NCBI GenBank assembly: GCA_043827405.1
Contig: JBDRPD010000036.1
Location: 1-25,673, forward strand
From: Elusimicrobiota bacterium
Lineage (GTDB): Bacteria > Elusimicrobiota > Elusimicrobia > UBA1565
Length of the DNA stretch: 25,673 nt
Direction of reading: 5' to 3'
The notes under the pieces were generated by a model. It made no database searches and was not told where the DNA came from. It worked only from the letters and a program-made list of their open reading frames with translations. Positions 10,205-19,108 of this stretch are shown here, piece after piece. Both the position numbers and the translations under genes were made by a program. Position 1 is the first letter of the stretch, and every line of letters starts with the position of its first letter.

Positions 10205-10307
10205 AGCCTTTTCCGGTAAGGCTATTGGCCTATTCCCGTCTAGGCCAATTAATCGATGTTGGTTGGGTCCTACGCTGCATGTGGGACCTCATAAGTGCCG
10301 GTATAAT
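10205..10307 (+). promoter_or_regulatory. Intergenic regulatory region: three inverted repeats followed by a TATAAT box
   Basis: agcctt-N7-aaggct (10205-10223), attggccta-N8-taggccaat (10224-10249), ggtcctac-N7-gtgggacc (10266-10288), TATAAT at 10302-10307, and GGAGG at 10324-10328. Confidence 0.55.
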
Positions 10308-10336
10308 TTTTACATGACCGCCCGGAGGCGCCGTAT

Positions 10337-13300
10337 ATGATTAAAAAACAGATTAATTTTATGCTGAAAAAATCTATCGCTCTCGTTGTGGCCGCGGCCC
10401 TGGTCGCGACCGCTCCCGGCTTGGGGACTTACGAAGTCCTGGCCAATAATTTCGCCGCCGGCGCGGCTAAAGGCGTATCCGTGGTGCCGGGCGGCACTTC
10501 GGCCGCGGGGGTGGGCGGGATCAACAAGGCTGGCTTCTCCGGGCACAGCCTGAACTCATCGATCAATATGGATTTCAGCGGCGGTCTTCCTTCCGTCGAG
10601 TCGGTCATTCATACCGGCAGGGTGAATGCGGTCGCGGTTGGACAAAACGCGGTAATGCGGATGCCTACCGGCGGCGGCAATGAAGGCGAAGGCCTTGAAG
10701 ACGGCCTCCTGAAGCACAAGCAGCCCGGCACTCCCGCGGCGATGATAAAAGGCCCGACCGGCGGCGGCAACCAGGGCGACAAGAAAGGCGGCGAGCAGAC
10801 GTCGCGGCCGACCAAGGGTATTCCCGCCTGGGTAAAACAGGGCAATCTCAATCTCAAAGGCGTCGACGTCGCGGAAATGTCGGCCGCGCAGGCGCGGTCT
10901 TTCGGCGCCCGCATGATGGATCAACTGCTCGGCCGCAAGACCGGGCGCTATGCCGAACTCAGCGCCGCTCCGGTCGCCGGCGTCATCGGAAACGTCAGGA
11001 GCCGGATGCCGGGCCTCAAGCCCGTCGCGCTGAGCCGCGCCTCCTCTTCCGATGCTGTTGCGACGGACGCCGTGCCCGCGGCGGAAATCGCCGCTAACGG
11101 CGGCAGCGCGCCCCAGGGCCGCGGCAGGATTTTTGGCTTCGTGAAGACGGTCGCCGTCATGGCGGCCGCCGCCGGCGCCGTTTTCGGCGTTCATGCGGCG
11201 GCAGCGGCGCTGCTGCCCGCGGTTTTCGGCACGGTTCCGATCGCGGCCGTCTGGGCCGTGAGCACGGGAGTGTTTATCCTCCCGGTGGCGCTCTACTCCC
11301 GCTACCGCCTGAGCCTGCGCGACTCGGCGCGGTTGGGCAAGGTCAAGATTTTCGCTGATCTGGCGATCGGCGCCTTCATTGGAGCGTCCGCCATCGCCGC
11401 GCCGGTGCTTTTCACCGGTGCGGTTATGCAGAGCATCGCGGTCTCGCTGCCGGCCGTCCTCGGCCTGACCTATGCCGCCACTGCGTCCAACCAGAATACG
11501 GACGGCATGGTCGGCGGCATCATCAATTCCATCCTGACCTGGATGTCGCTCAATCTCATCGCGCCGCTCTTCGGCACGGCCGTCGGGGCGCTGCCGATTA
11601 CCTTGGGTTCTGTTTTCGGCCTGATGGCGATTCCGGCCATGGTGACCTTCTCCTTCTTCCTCGGCCGCATCATACGCTCGGCTGAGAGCGGGCGGCAGTT
11701 TTCGGTGCCGGGCTCGCAGCAAAAGATCCGCTTCCCGTCCTATACCTGGGTCATGACGGGCGTCGTGTTCGCCCTGCTGACCGGCTATAACCCGGTATGG
11801 ACCAATGCGGCCTTCGGCGCCTGGATGCTCTTGGGCTCGAAGAAGTGGTTCAACTACGTCTACTTTGCGCTCCTGGGCTGGTCGGCGATAACCGGTTTCG
11901 CCGCGCCGGTGACCTTCCTGGCCATCGCTTTCCTGCCCGAGCGCGCGTCCATGTGGACGGAGAACCTGCTTGAGAAGCTGCTCCCGGAAGGCAAGGCGGC
12001 GCCTTCGACGGCCAAGGAGCAGACGATCGACCCGTACATGGACAAGCCGGAGAGCTGGCCGCGCTTCCGCTACTGGCTCAAGACCGGCATCGTCATGGCC
12101 TCGCTGGTGGGCGCGGGCGTGGTGCTGAGCGCCACGGTTTTCGGTTTCGGCAAGTTTTTCGTCAATCTGGGCATCGCCGGCGCCCTGTCTTTGGTCCCGC
12201 TCATTTTCAGCAAGTGGCTGATCAAGAAGACCATGCGCGCCGAGCCGATGAGCGAGGAGGATGATCCCGAGGTCTTCGGCATCATGCGGGAGCTCCGGGA
12301 GAAGATCAATGAGGAAAGGACCGCGAAAGGCAAGAAGCCCATCCCGATGCCGGAGATGGTCAACGTGCCGATGCAGGTGCCCAACGCTTTCGCTACCGGC
12401 TTTAGCCCGATGAGCGCCATGGTCGGCGTGACGTATGAGATGAAGGACATGACGCTCAACCCTCGCCGGGCCAAGGAGGGCCTGATACGACTGCTCTACA
12501 GCGTCGATCCGCAGAGCAAGTCCTACCGCGTATTCCGGCGTGCGATTCGCGGCTCGATTCCCGGGATCGCCGAGGATGCGGGACCGCAGGAAGTTATCCA
12601 GGCCCTGCAGGACGCCGAGGCTTCCCAGATCAAAGCGCTGGGCGTGCGGGCGCTGCGCGGCGTGATGGGCCATGAATTCAGTCATGTGATGCACCGCGAC
12701 ATGCTGTTGGGCGCGATCACCGGGGCGGTCGCTTCCGCGATTTCATTCGCTTCCTACGGCGTCCTGTGGGCCGCCGGTCATGCCGAGGCGATGCTGCAGG
12801 GCTTGTGGGATAAGATCACCGGCAAGAAGGCCAAGGCGGACCAGCGGGCGCGCAAGGGCAAGCCGCCGGTTCGGATGCCCGAAATGAGCGTCGATGCCCA
12901 GTCCGCACCCGAGGCGCAGCCGGGGCCGGTCAGGCCCGAGGTCGTGGATCCGGTCACGACGGCCGCCGGCGTCGGCATTCTTCTGGGCTTGGCGAAGATC
13001 TTCGCGGCACTGTGGGCGCCGATTATGGCCCGTGTTCTGCAGATGGCTTCTGGACGCACCCGCGAGGGGCATGCCGATGAGGCGGGCGCCGAGCTGACCG
13101 AGGACCCCGAATCGCTCGCGCTGGGGCTCGGCCTGCTGACCTCTTGGCGGCCGGCCAGCATGTTCACCTTCGAGCGGGCGCTGCTGCCGCGGCTCGCCGC
13201 GATGGCGAATGTCATGACGGTCAACCCGCTGCAGCAGCTGCGCGAAGCCGGCGCTCTGCCGGGCGCGACCCCAAAGAGCGTCAAGGGGATGCCGGTGACC

Positions 13301-15244
13301 CAGCAGGACGACTGGTTCTTCAACCTGTTCATTACCCATCCCGATACCACGCAGCGCATCGAGCGCCTTGACGCGATGGCGGAGGCGCTCGCCGCACAGC
13401 AAAAGTCCGACGCCGCGGCGGCCGATGAGAGCGGCGCTCCCTCTTCCCGTTCCGACGGCAGCCTGCGGGCGGCGTCCTCCCTGGGCGAATCGTCCAGCGT
13501 CGATCCCAACAGCACCGAAGCGCTGGCCAAGCCGGGACTGGATGTGCGCCTGATGCCGCTGGCGCAGGTGCTGCAGGATGAGATCACTTCGTCGCAGGAG
13601 AAGTTCAATAAGCTGGGCCACCTGCTGTGGACGCTCGACGAGCTGCTCAAGCGGGGCGGCGTGGTGCGCTACGCCTACACCTTCGATCCGGAGACCCAGG
13701 AGTCCCTCCCGGGCTTCTTCAACCCTTCCGAGAAGGCGCTTTATATCAATGACACGATCATGCGGGCGGAGCCGCGCCTGCAGGGTTCAATTTTGGCGGG
13801 GCTTCTGCAGCAGGCCTATGACCACCTCAATAGCCGGGCGGCGGGGACGCAGGAGTCCGCGGTCCGCCAGATTCTGGCCCGGGACTCTTTTCTGGACGGC
13901 GCGGATATGGCGGATATCGCCAAGTCGGTAGATATCGGCAATGTCGTTTCGGTGGAGCTCTTCGAGTCCGTGCTGCAGAACCGGCTGTGGGCCGCCTCCG
14001 GCATGTCGGCGCTGGAGCGGATTTTCGGCGAGAGCGTGAGCATCAATCATCTGATTCAGCGGGGCAAAGACCATGTCTCCCTGCTCAAGCGCGAGCTGCG
14101 CGATCTCGAGGACCAGATGCAGCTGTTCGAGGATGGACTGCGCAAGGACAAGGGCAATGAAGGCTATGACCGCCAGGTTCGGGTGCTGCGGGAAAAGATC
14201 GGGATCAAGAAGGGCAATATCCGCGTGGCCCAGACCCAGCTCAAAATGGCCGAGACCGAGCGCGGCGCCGCCGAGTCGCTGCTGACGCCGCTTTCCGTCG
14301 ATAAGGCCCATCGCGCACGATTCGATACCAATAAGCTCGGCGTTGTCGGCGTCAAAGCCCGGCCCAAGGTCGACCCCAAGCTGCAGACGGTTCTCAATAT
14401 CATCGGCGAGACCATTCGCACCAGCAAGGATCCGGCGATTCGCGGTCTCGCCTATATCGAGGAGACGGTCGAGAAGCTGCTGGAGTCGGGCGGCCATATC
14501 CAGTTCGCGGCCCCCGGCGACGGCGCGGCGGCCTATTTTTCGCCGGTGACCCTCGACGTGGTCATCGGGCGCGAGTTCGCGCAGACCCATCCGGCGCTGA
14601 TCGCCGCCCTCATGGTGCACGAATTGACCCATGCGGCGGACTACTTCGGCGTGCCGAGCCGAAAGGGCGAGCCCTGGCTGCAGCGGCCGCTGACGCGCGA
14701 GACCGAGCGCAACGCCTTTACCAACGAGGCGATCTTCATCGGCGCCTTCGATCCGGAGGAGGTCGCCTCCCGCCTCGACGTCAATAATCCGATGGAGCAT
14801 GCGGCTTACCAGCTCGTCTTCCATGCGCGGATGAAGTACGTCGAAGGCAAGACCAGTCTGGAGGCCATGATCTCCGACGCCTACCGCGACCTCTTCGGGG
14901 CGCATTTCAGCGGGCTGCAGACCGCCCAGCAGTTCAAGGCGGAGATCGCCAACAGCAAGCTGGCGAAGATCGTCGAAGCCTATGAGGACCTCCGGCAGCG
15001 CGCTGAGCTGACCCAGCGGGCGGTGGAGAACGGGCAGGAAACCCGGCGGGTGCAGCTGCTGCAGATGCTCAAGGCGCTCTCCCTCTACGAGGCCTATATC
15101 ACCGTTTACCAGCGGCAGATGGCGCAGATGGACCTCGAGGCGGCGGAGGCGGGTCCCGAGGAGTTTTCCGCCGATTCCCGGACCGCCGACCCGGCGCGCT
15201 GGTCCCTGTTCGGCCTGCGCCGCAAGGCTGATCGGGCGTCGTAA
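10337..15244 (+). CDS. Giant multidomain membrane metalloprotease: signal-like leader, linker, polytopic TM domain, HtpX/M48 peptidase, two tandem zincin-like + coiled-coil units
   Basis: GGAGG RBS. M48 motifs PNAFATG (NAF at 12383), GVMGHEFSH (HEFSH 12671-12685), R.RE..AD (13064) and THP....RI..L (13334). A second HExxH, HELTH (14618-14632), has a downstream E..A (ETERNAF). More than 10 hydrophobic helices lie in ~11130-12230. Confidence 0.9.
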   Translation: MIKKQINFMLKKSIALVVAAALVATAPGLGTYEVLANNFAAGAAKGVSVVPGGTSAAGVGGINKAGFSGHSLNSSINMDFSGGLPSVESVIHTGRVNAVAVGQNAVMRMPTGGGNEGEGLEDGLLKHKQPGTPAAMIKGPTGGGNQGDKKGGEQTSRPTKGIPAWVKQGNLNLKGVDVAEMSAAQARSFGARMMDQLLGRKTGRYAELSAAPVAGVIGNVRSRMPGLKPVALSRASSSDAVATDAVPAAEIAANGGSAPQGRGRIFGFVKTVAVMAAAAGAVFGVHAAAAALLPAVFGTVPIAAVWAVSTGVFILPVALYSRYRLSLRDSARLGKVKIFADLAIGAFIGASAIAAPVLFTGAVMQSIAVSLPAVLGLTYAATASNQNTDGMVGGIINSILTWMSLNLIAPLFGTAVGALPITLGSVFGLMAIPAMVTFSFFLGRIIRSAESGRQFSVPGSQQKIRFPSYTWVMTGVVFALLTGYNPVWTNAAFGAWMLLGSKKWFNYVYFALLGWSAITGFAAPVTFLAIAFLPERASMWTENLLEKLLPEGKAAPSTAKEQTIDPYMDKPESWPRFRYWLKTGIVMASLVGAGVVLSATVFGFGKFFVNLGIAGALSLVPLIFSKWLIKKTMRAEPMSEEDDPEVFGIMRELREKINEERTAKGKKPIPMPEMVNVPMQVPNAFATGFSPMSAMVGVTYEMKDMTLNPRRAKEGLIRLLYSVDPQSKSYRVFRRAIRGSIPGIAEDAGPQEVIQALQDAEASQIKALGVRALRGVMGHEFSHVMHRDMLLGAITGAVASAISFASYGVLWAAGHAEAMLQGLWDKITGKKAKADQRARKGKPPVRMPEMSVDAQSAPEAQPGPVRPEVVDPVTTAAGVGILLGLAKIFAALWAPIMARVLQMASGRTREGHADEAGAELTEDPESLALGLGLLTSWRPASMFTFERALLPRLAAMANVMTVNPLQQLREAGALPGATPKSVKGMPVTQQDDWFFNLFITHPDTTQRIERLDAMAEALAAQQKSDAAAADESGAPSSRSDGSLRAASSLGESSSVDPNSTEALAKPGLDVRLMPLAQVLQDEITSSQEKFNKLGHLLWTLDELLKRGGVVRYAYTFDPETQESLPGFFNPSEKALYINDTIMRAEPRLQGSILAGLLQQAYDHLNSRAAGTQESAVRQILARDSFLDGADMADIAKSVDIGNVVSVELFESVLQNRLWAASGMSALERIFGESVSINHLIQRGKDHVSLLKRELRDLEDQMQLFEDGLRKDKGNEGYDRQVRVLREKIGIKKGNIRVAQTQLKMAETERGAAESLLTPLSVDKAHRARFDTNKLGVVGVKARPKVDPKLQTVLNIIGETIRTSKDPAIRGLAYIEETVEKLLESGGHIQFAAPGDGAAAYFSPVTLDVVIGREFAQTHPALIAALMVHELTHAADYFGVPSRKGEPWLQRPLTRETERNAFTNEAIFIGAFDPEEVASRLDVNNPMEHAAYQLVFHARMKYVEGKTSLEAMISDAYRDLFGAHFSGLQTAQQFKAEIANSKLAKIVEAYEDLRQRAELTQRAVENGQETRRVQLLQMLKALSLYEAYITVYQRQMAQMDLEAAEAGPEEFSADSRTADPARWSLFGLRRKADRAS

Positions 15245-15304
15245 TTCTCTGATTTTTTTGCCATAATTCCTTCCAGGGCCGTCCTCCGGCCCGAGTGGCT
15301 GCTT

Positions 15305-15673
15305 ATGAAAAAAGTGCTGGTTGTAGACGATGATGCCATGGTCGTAGAGTTTCTTATTGCCTGCCTGAAAAAGGAAGGCTATGAGACCCAGGAAGCCTAT
15401 GGCGGGGAGCAGGGCTATAAGCGGGCGGTATCATTCAAGCCTGATTTGATGGTTCTCGATTTGATGATGCCCGACATGCACGGCTTCGACGTTTGCCAGA
15501 CGGTCCGCAGCGATCGCTCGCTCAACGAGATGAAGGTCCTTATCTCCTCGGCGAAGGGGTATGAGGTCGACAAGAAGGCCGTCCAGCGCCTCGGCGCCAA
15601 TGGCTATATCAATAAGCCTTTCGGCGCGGAGGAGTTCATAAAAGAAGTTGAAGGCTTGATCGGCAAGCCATGA
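15305..15673 (+). CDS. Single-domain response regulator (receiver)
   Basis: KKVLVVDDD, PDLMVLDLMMPDMHG (phospho-Asp), SA and YINKPF; 122 aa. Confidence 0.95.
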   Translation: MKKVLVVDDDAMVVEFLIACLKKEGYETQEAYGGEQGYKRAVSFKPDLMVLDLMMPDMHGFDVCQTVRSDRSLNEMKVLISSAKGYEVDKKAVQRLGANGYINKPFGAEEFIKEVEGLIGKP

Positions 15674-16539
15674 GCGGCATTCGGGTTCACTTTTGGGGCA
15701 CGCGCGGTTCGATTCCTGTTCCCGGCAAGGGTACCGTGCGCTACGGAGGCAATACCTCCTGCGTCGAGATCAACGACGGCAAGAACCTGTTCATCTGCGA
15801 CTGCGGCACCGGCATCCGCGAACTGGGACGGCGCATCATGGCGGAGACCAAGGGCGCGCCGGTCGAGGTCGCCCTATTCGTCGGTCATACGCATTGGGAC
15901 CATATTCAGGGCTTCCCCTTCTTTATCCCCGCGTACCTGCCCAAGAATAGGGTCCATGTCTACAGCGTCAAGGCCGTAGGGGACACTTTTGAGAATATTC
16001 TTCGCGGCCAGATGGGCATGAACTACTTCCCGGTCGAGGTCGGGGATATGCAGGCGCAGATCGAGTTTAAGCATACCTCGGCGGAGTTCGAGGTCGGCGG
16101 CGTCAAAGTGCGTACGATGTATACCAATCATCCGGGCGTGAACGTCACGTTCCGCTTCGACTATCCTGGCGGCAAGTCGGTGGTTTATTTGACGGACCAT
16201 GAGAATCATCAGGCGTTCGGCGGGAAAAACGAGCTGATGGTGCGCCAGGACGATGCGATCGAGGAGTTCTGCCGCGGCGTCGACCTGCTGATCGCCGACT
16301 CCCAGTACAGCGACGCGGACTACAAGATGAAAAAGGGCTGGGGCCACAGCCGCTGGCGCGACGCGCTGAACCTGGGGATGGCGGCGGGCGCCAAGCGCCT
16401 CGCCCTGTTTCATCATGAGCCGGACCGCAACGACGACGAAATCGACAAGATAGTTCAGGAGTGCCGAGAGGTTGTTAAGGCCTCTGGGAGCAAGCTCGAT
16501 TGTTTCGCCGCATCTGAAAATGAGGAGGTCATTCTCTGA
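15670..16539 (+). CDS. MBL-fold metallohydrolase (RNase Z / class II cyclic nucleotide phosphodiesterase-like)
   Basis: FWGTRGSIP, YGGNTSC, DCGTG, HTHWDHIQG (HxHxDH), TDHE, WGHS and FHHEP. ATGA overlap with the receiver gene. Confidence 0.9.
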   Translation: MSGIRVHFWGTRGSIPVPGKGTVRYGGNTSCVEINDGKNLFICDCGTGIRELGRRIMAETKGAPVEVALFVGHTHWDHIQGFPFFIPAYLPKNRVHVYSVKAVGDTFENILRGQMGMNYFPVEVGDMQAQIEFKHTSAEFEVGGVKVRTMYTNHPGVNVTFRFDYPGGKSVVYLTDHENHQAFGGKNELMVRQDDAIEEFCRGVDLLIADSQYSDADYKMKKGWGHSRWRDALNLGMAAGAKRLALFHHEPDRNDDEIDKIVQECREVVKASGSKLDCFAASENEEVIL

Positions 16540-16540
16540 T

Positions 16541-17176
16541 ATGAAACTGCTGCTCAGTCTGTTTACGACATCCATCGGCAAGAAACAGTTCGTCGCCGCG
16601 ACGGGTCTGCTCTTGATCGGCTTCCTGCTCGGTCATTTGACGGGAAACCTCCTGATCCTGAAGAGCCCCGAGCTCTTCAATCAGTATGCGGATTTTCTGG
16701 TCCATCACCCGCTGATCATCCCCGCGGAGATCGGCCTGGTTGTGCTGTTTTCGGCACATATCGTAATGGGGCTCAAAATCAGTATTGAAAATTGGAACGC
16801 GCGTCCCGACGATTACGACTACAAAGTCGCGGAAGGCGGCCGCACGGTGGGCTCGGCGACCATGAAGTATTCGGGCCTGCTTACCTTTGTGTTCTTGTGC
16901 GTGCATCTCTCCACCTTCAAGTACTCGCATCCGGGCGCGACGCTCTACGATACTGTGGTTATTTACCTGAAAATGCCGCTTTACTGTGCGTTCTACTTAT
17001 TGGCGCTGACGTCGCTGGGTATCCATCTGAGCCACGGCATAAAGAGCGCCTTCCAGACTTTCGGCGTGAGCCATCCGAAGTACACGCCGGCGATCGGCGT
17101 CGCCGGTCTGCTGCTCGCGGTCGCGGTCACGGCGGGTTTTCTGCGGCTGGCGCTGCACGGGATTATAGGGGGCTGA
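16541..17176 (+). CDS. sdhC: Succinate dehydrogenase/fumarate reductase cytochrome b subunit (b558 family)
   Basis: SIGKK..A.TG..L..FL..HL.GN, five TM helices and four candidate heme-ligand His (HL, HI, HL, HLSHG..SAFQT). GAGGAGG RBS at 16522-16528 precedes ATG 16541. Confidence 0.92.
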   Translation: MKLLLSLFTTSIGKKQFVAATGLLLIGFLLGHLTGNLLILKSPELFNQYADFLVHHPLIIPAEIGLVVLFSAHIVMGLKISIENWNARPDDYDYKVAEGGRTVGSATMKYSGLLTFVFLCVHLSTFKYSHPGATLYDTVVIYLKMPLYCAFYLLALTSLGIHLSHGIKSAFQTFGVSHPKYTPAIGVAGLLLAVAVTAGFLRLALHGIIGG

Positions 17177-17179
17177 GCG

Positions 17180-19108
17180 ATGACATCAACCGAGAAGCTA
17201 CTGAACGCGAATATCCCCGACGGGCCCATTGAGACGAAATGGGACCGCCATCAGTTCAATCTAAAGCTCGTCAACCCGGCCAATAAGCGCAAATATGATG
17301 TTATCGTCGTCGGTACCGGGCTGGCCGGCTCCTCCGCGGCGGCATCGCTCGCCGAGCTGGGCTACAACGTCAAGGCCTTCTGCATTCAGGACAGCGCCCG
17401 CCGGGCGCACTCGATCGCGGCCCAGGGCGGAATCAACGCGGCCAAGAACTACCCCAACGACGGCGACAGCATCTTCCGCCTCTTCTACGACACGGTAAAG
17501 GGCGGCGACTACCGGTCGCGCGAAGCCAATGTCTACCGCCTGGCCCAGGTCTCCAATAATATTATCGATCAGTGCGTGGCGCAGGGCGTTCCCTTCGCCC
17601 GTGAGTACGGCGGGACGCTGGCCAACCGCTCCTTCGGCGGCGCCCAGGTTTCGCGCACTTTCTATGCCCGCGGACAAACCGGGCAGCAGCTGCTGCTGGG
17701 CGCCTACAGCGCGCTGACGCGGCAGGTGAGCGCCGGCAAGGTCAAGCTCTATACCCGGCGGGAGATGCTCGATCTCGTGGTGGTCAACGGCCGGGCGCGC
17801 GGCATCGTCTGCCGCAATCTCGTCAGCGGCAAGCTGGAGCGCTATGAGGCGCATGCGGTGCTGCTGTGCACCGGCGGGTATGGGAATATCTTCTATCTGT
17901 CGACCAACGCCGCCGCCTGCAATGTGACGGCGACCTACCGCGCCCACAAGAAGGGTGCGTTCTTCGCCAACCCCTGCTTCACGCAGATCCATCCGACCTG
18001 CATCCCGGTCGCGGGCGACTACCAGTCCAAGCTGACCTTGATGAGCGAGAGCCTGCGCAACGACGGCCGCGTCTGGGTTCCGAAGAAGAAGGGCGACGAC
18101 CGCAAGCCCGGCGACATCCCGGAAGAGGATCGCGACTACTACCTGGAGCGGCGCTACCCGGCGTTCGGCAACCTGGTCCCGCGCGACGTGGCGTCGCGGG
18201 CGTCCAAAGCTTCCTGCGACGAGGGCCGCGGCGTCGGCTCGACCAAGCTCGCGGTTTACCTGGACTTCCAGGAAGCCATCAAGCGCGACGGCGAGGATAC
18301 TATCCGCCAGAAGTACGGCAACCTCTTCGAGATGTACAAGCATATCACCGATGAGGATCCGTACCATTCGCCGATGCGCATCTTCCCCGCGGCCCACTAC
18401 ACCATGGGCGGGCTGTGGGTGGACTATAACTTGATGACCACCGTGCCCGGGCTGTTCGTTCTGGGCGAGGCGAACTTTTCCGATCACGGCGCCAACCGGC
18501 TGGGCGCCAGCGCGCTCATGCAGGGGCTCGCGGACGGCTACTTCGTGATCCCGTCCACGCTCGGAGGCTATCTGGGCGCGGAGAAGTTCGATAAGGTTAC
18601 TACCGCGGCGCCGGAGTTCGACGCGGTCGAGCATGCGGTCGATGAAAAGGTGCGCAAGCTGCTTAAGGTCAACGGCAAGCGCACCGTCACCGAGTTCCAT
18701 CGTGAGCTGGGCCTGACCATGTGGGACAACTGCGGCATGGGCCGCAACGAGGTGGGGCTCACCAAAGCGCTGGGCCGCATCGAGGAGCTGCGCAGCGAGT
18801 TCTGGAAGGACGTCAAGGTGACGGGCACGCATATGGACTTCAACCAAGCCCTGGAAAAGGCGGGGCGCGTCGCCGACTACCTGGAGTTCGCCGAGCTGAT
18901 GGTGCGCGACGCCCTCGAGCGCGAGGAGTCCTGCGGCGGGCACTTCCGCGAGGAGCACCAGACGGAGGATAACGAGGCGAAGCGCGACGATGAGAACTTT
19001 GCCCACGTCGCCGCCTGGGAGTTCAAGGGCGACGGCAAGGAGCCGGTGCGCCATAAGGAAGAACTGAAGTTTGAATATGTGAAGCTGACGCAAAGGAGCT
19101 ACAAATGA
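17180..19108 (+). CDS. sdhA: Succinate dehydrogenase/fumarate reductase flavoprotein subunit
   Basis: VVGTGLAG Rossmann motif, [12 protein letters not shown] (covalent FAD His), QIHPT, SESLR, HYTMGG, HGANRLG and REESCGGH. Confidence 0.97.
   Translation: MTSTEKLLNANIPDGPIETKWDRHQFNLKLVNPANKRKYDVIVVGTGLAGSSAAASLAELGYNVKAFCIQDSARRAHSIAAQGGINAAKNYPNDGDSIFRLFYDTVKGGDYRSREANVYRLAQVSNNIIDQCVAQGVPFAREYGGTLANRSFGGAQVSRTFYARGQTGQQLLLGAYSALTRQVSAGKVKLYTRREMLDLVVVNGRARGIVCRNLVSGKLERYEAHAVLLCTGGYGNIFYLSTNAAACNVTATYRAHKKGAFFANPCFTQIHPTCIPVAGDYQSKLTLMSESLRNDGRVWVPKKKGDDRKPGDIPEEDRDYYLERRYPAFGNLVPRDVASRASKASCDEGRGVGSTKLAVYLDFQEAIKRDGEDTIRQKYGNLFEMYKHITDEDPYHSPMRIFPAAHYTMGGLWVDYNLMTTVPGLFVLGEANFSDHGANRLGASALMQGLADGYFVIPSTLGGYLGAEKFDKVTTAAPEFDAVEHAVDEKVRKLLKVNGKRTVTEFHRELGLTMWDNCGMGRNEVGLTKALGRIEELRSEFWKDVKVTGTHMDFNQALEKAGRVADYLEFAELMVRDALEREESCGGHFREEHQTEDNEAKRDDENFAHVAAWEFKGDGKEPVRHKEELKFEYVKLTQRSYK

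Noticed and set aside
10205..10249. Rho-independent terminator after giant gene 1
   Set aside because: The hairpins lack a following U-tract, so they were kept only as generic regulatory palindromes.
7584..19093. Long minus-strand ORFs (742, 712, 610, 372, 292 aa) and similar ones such as 6078-7382
   Set aside because: They are antisense shadows of well-supported high-GC genes and carry no recognisable motifs.
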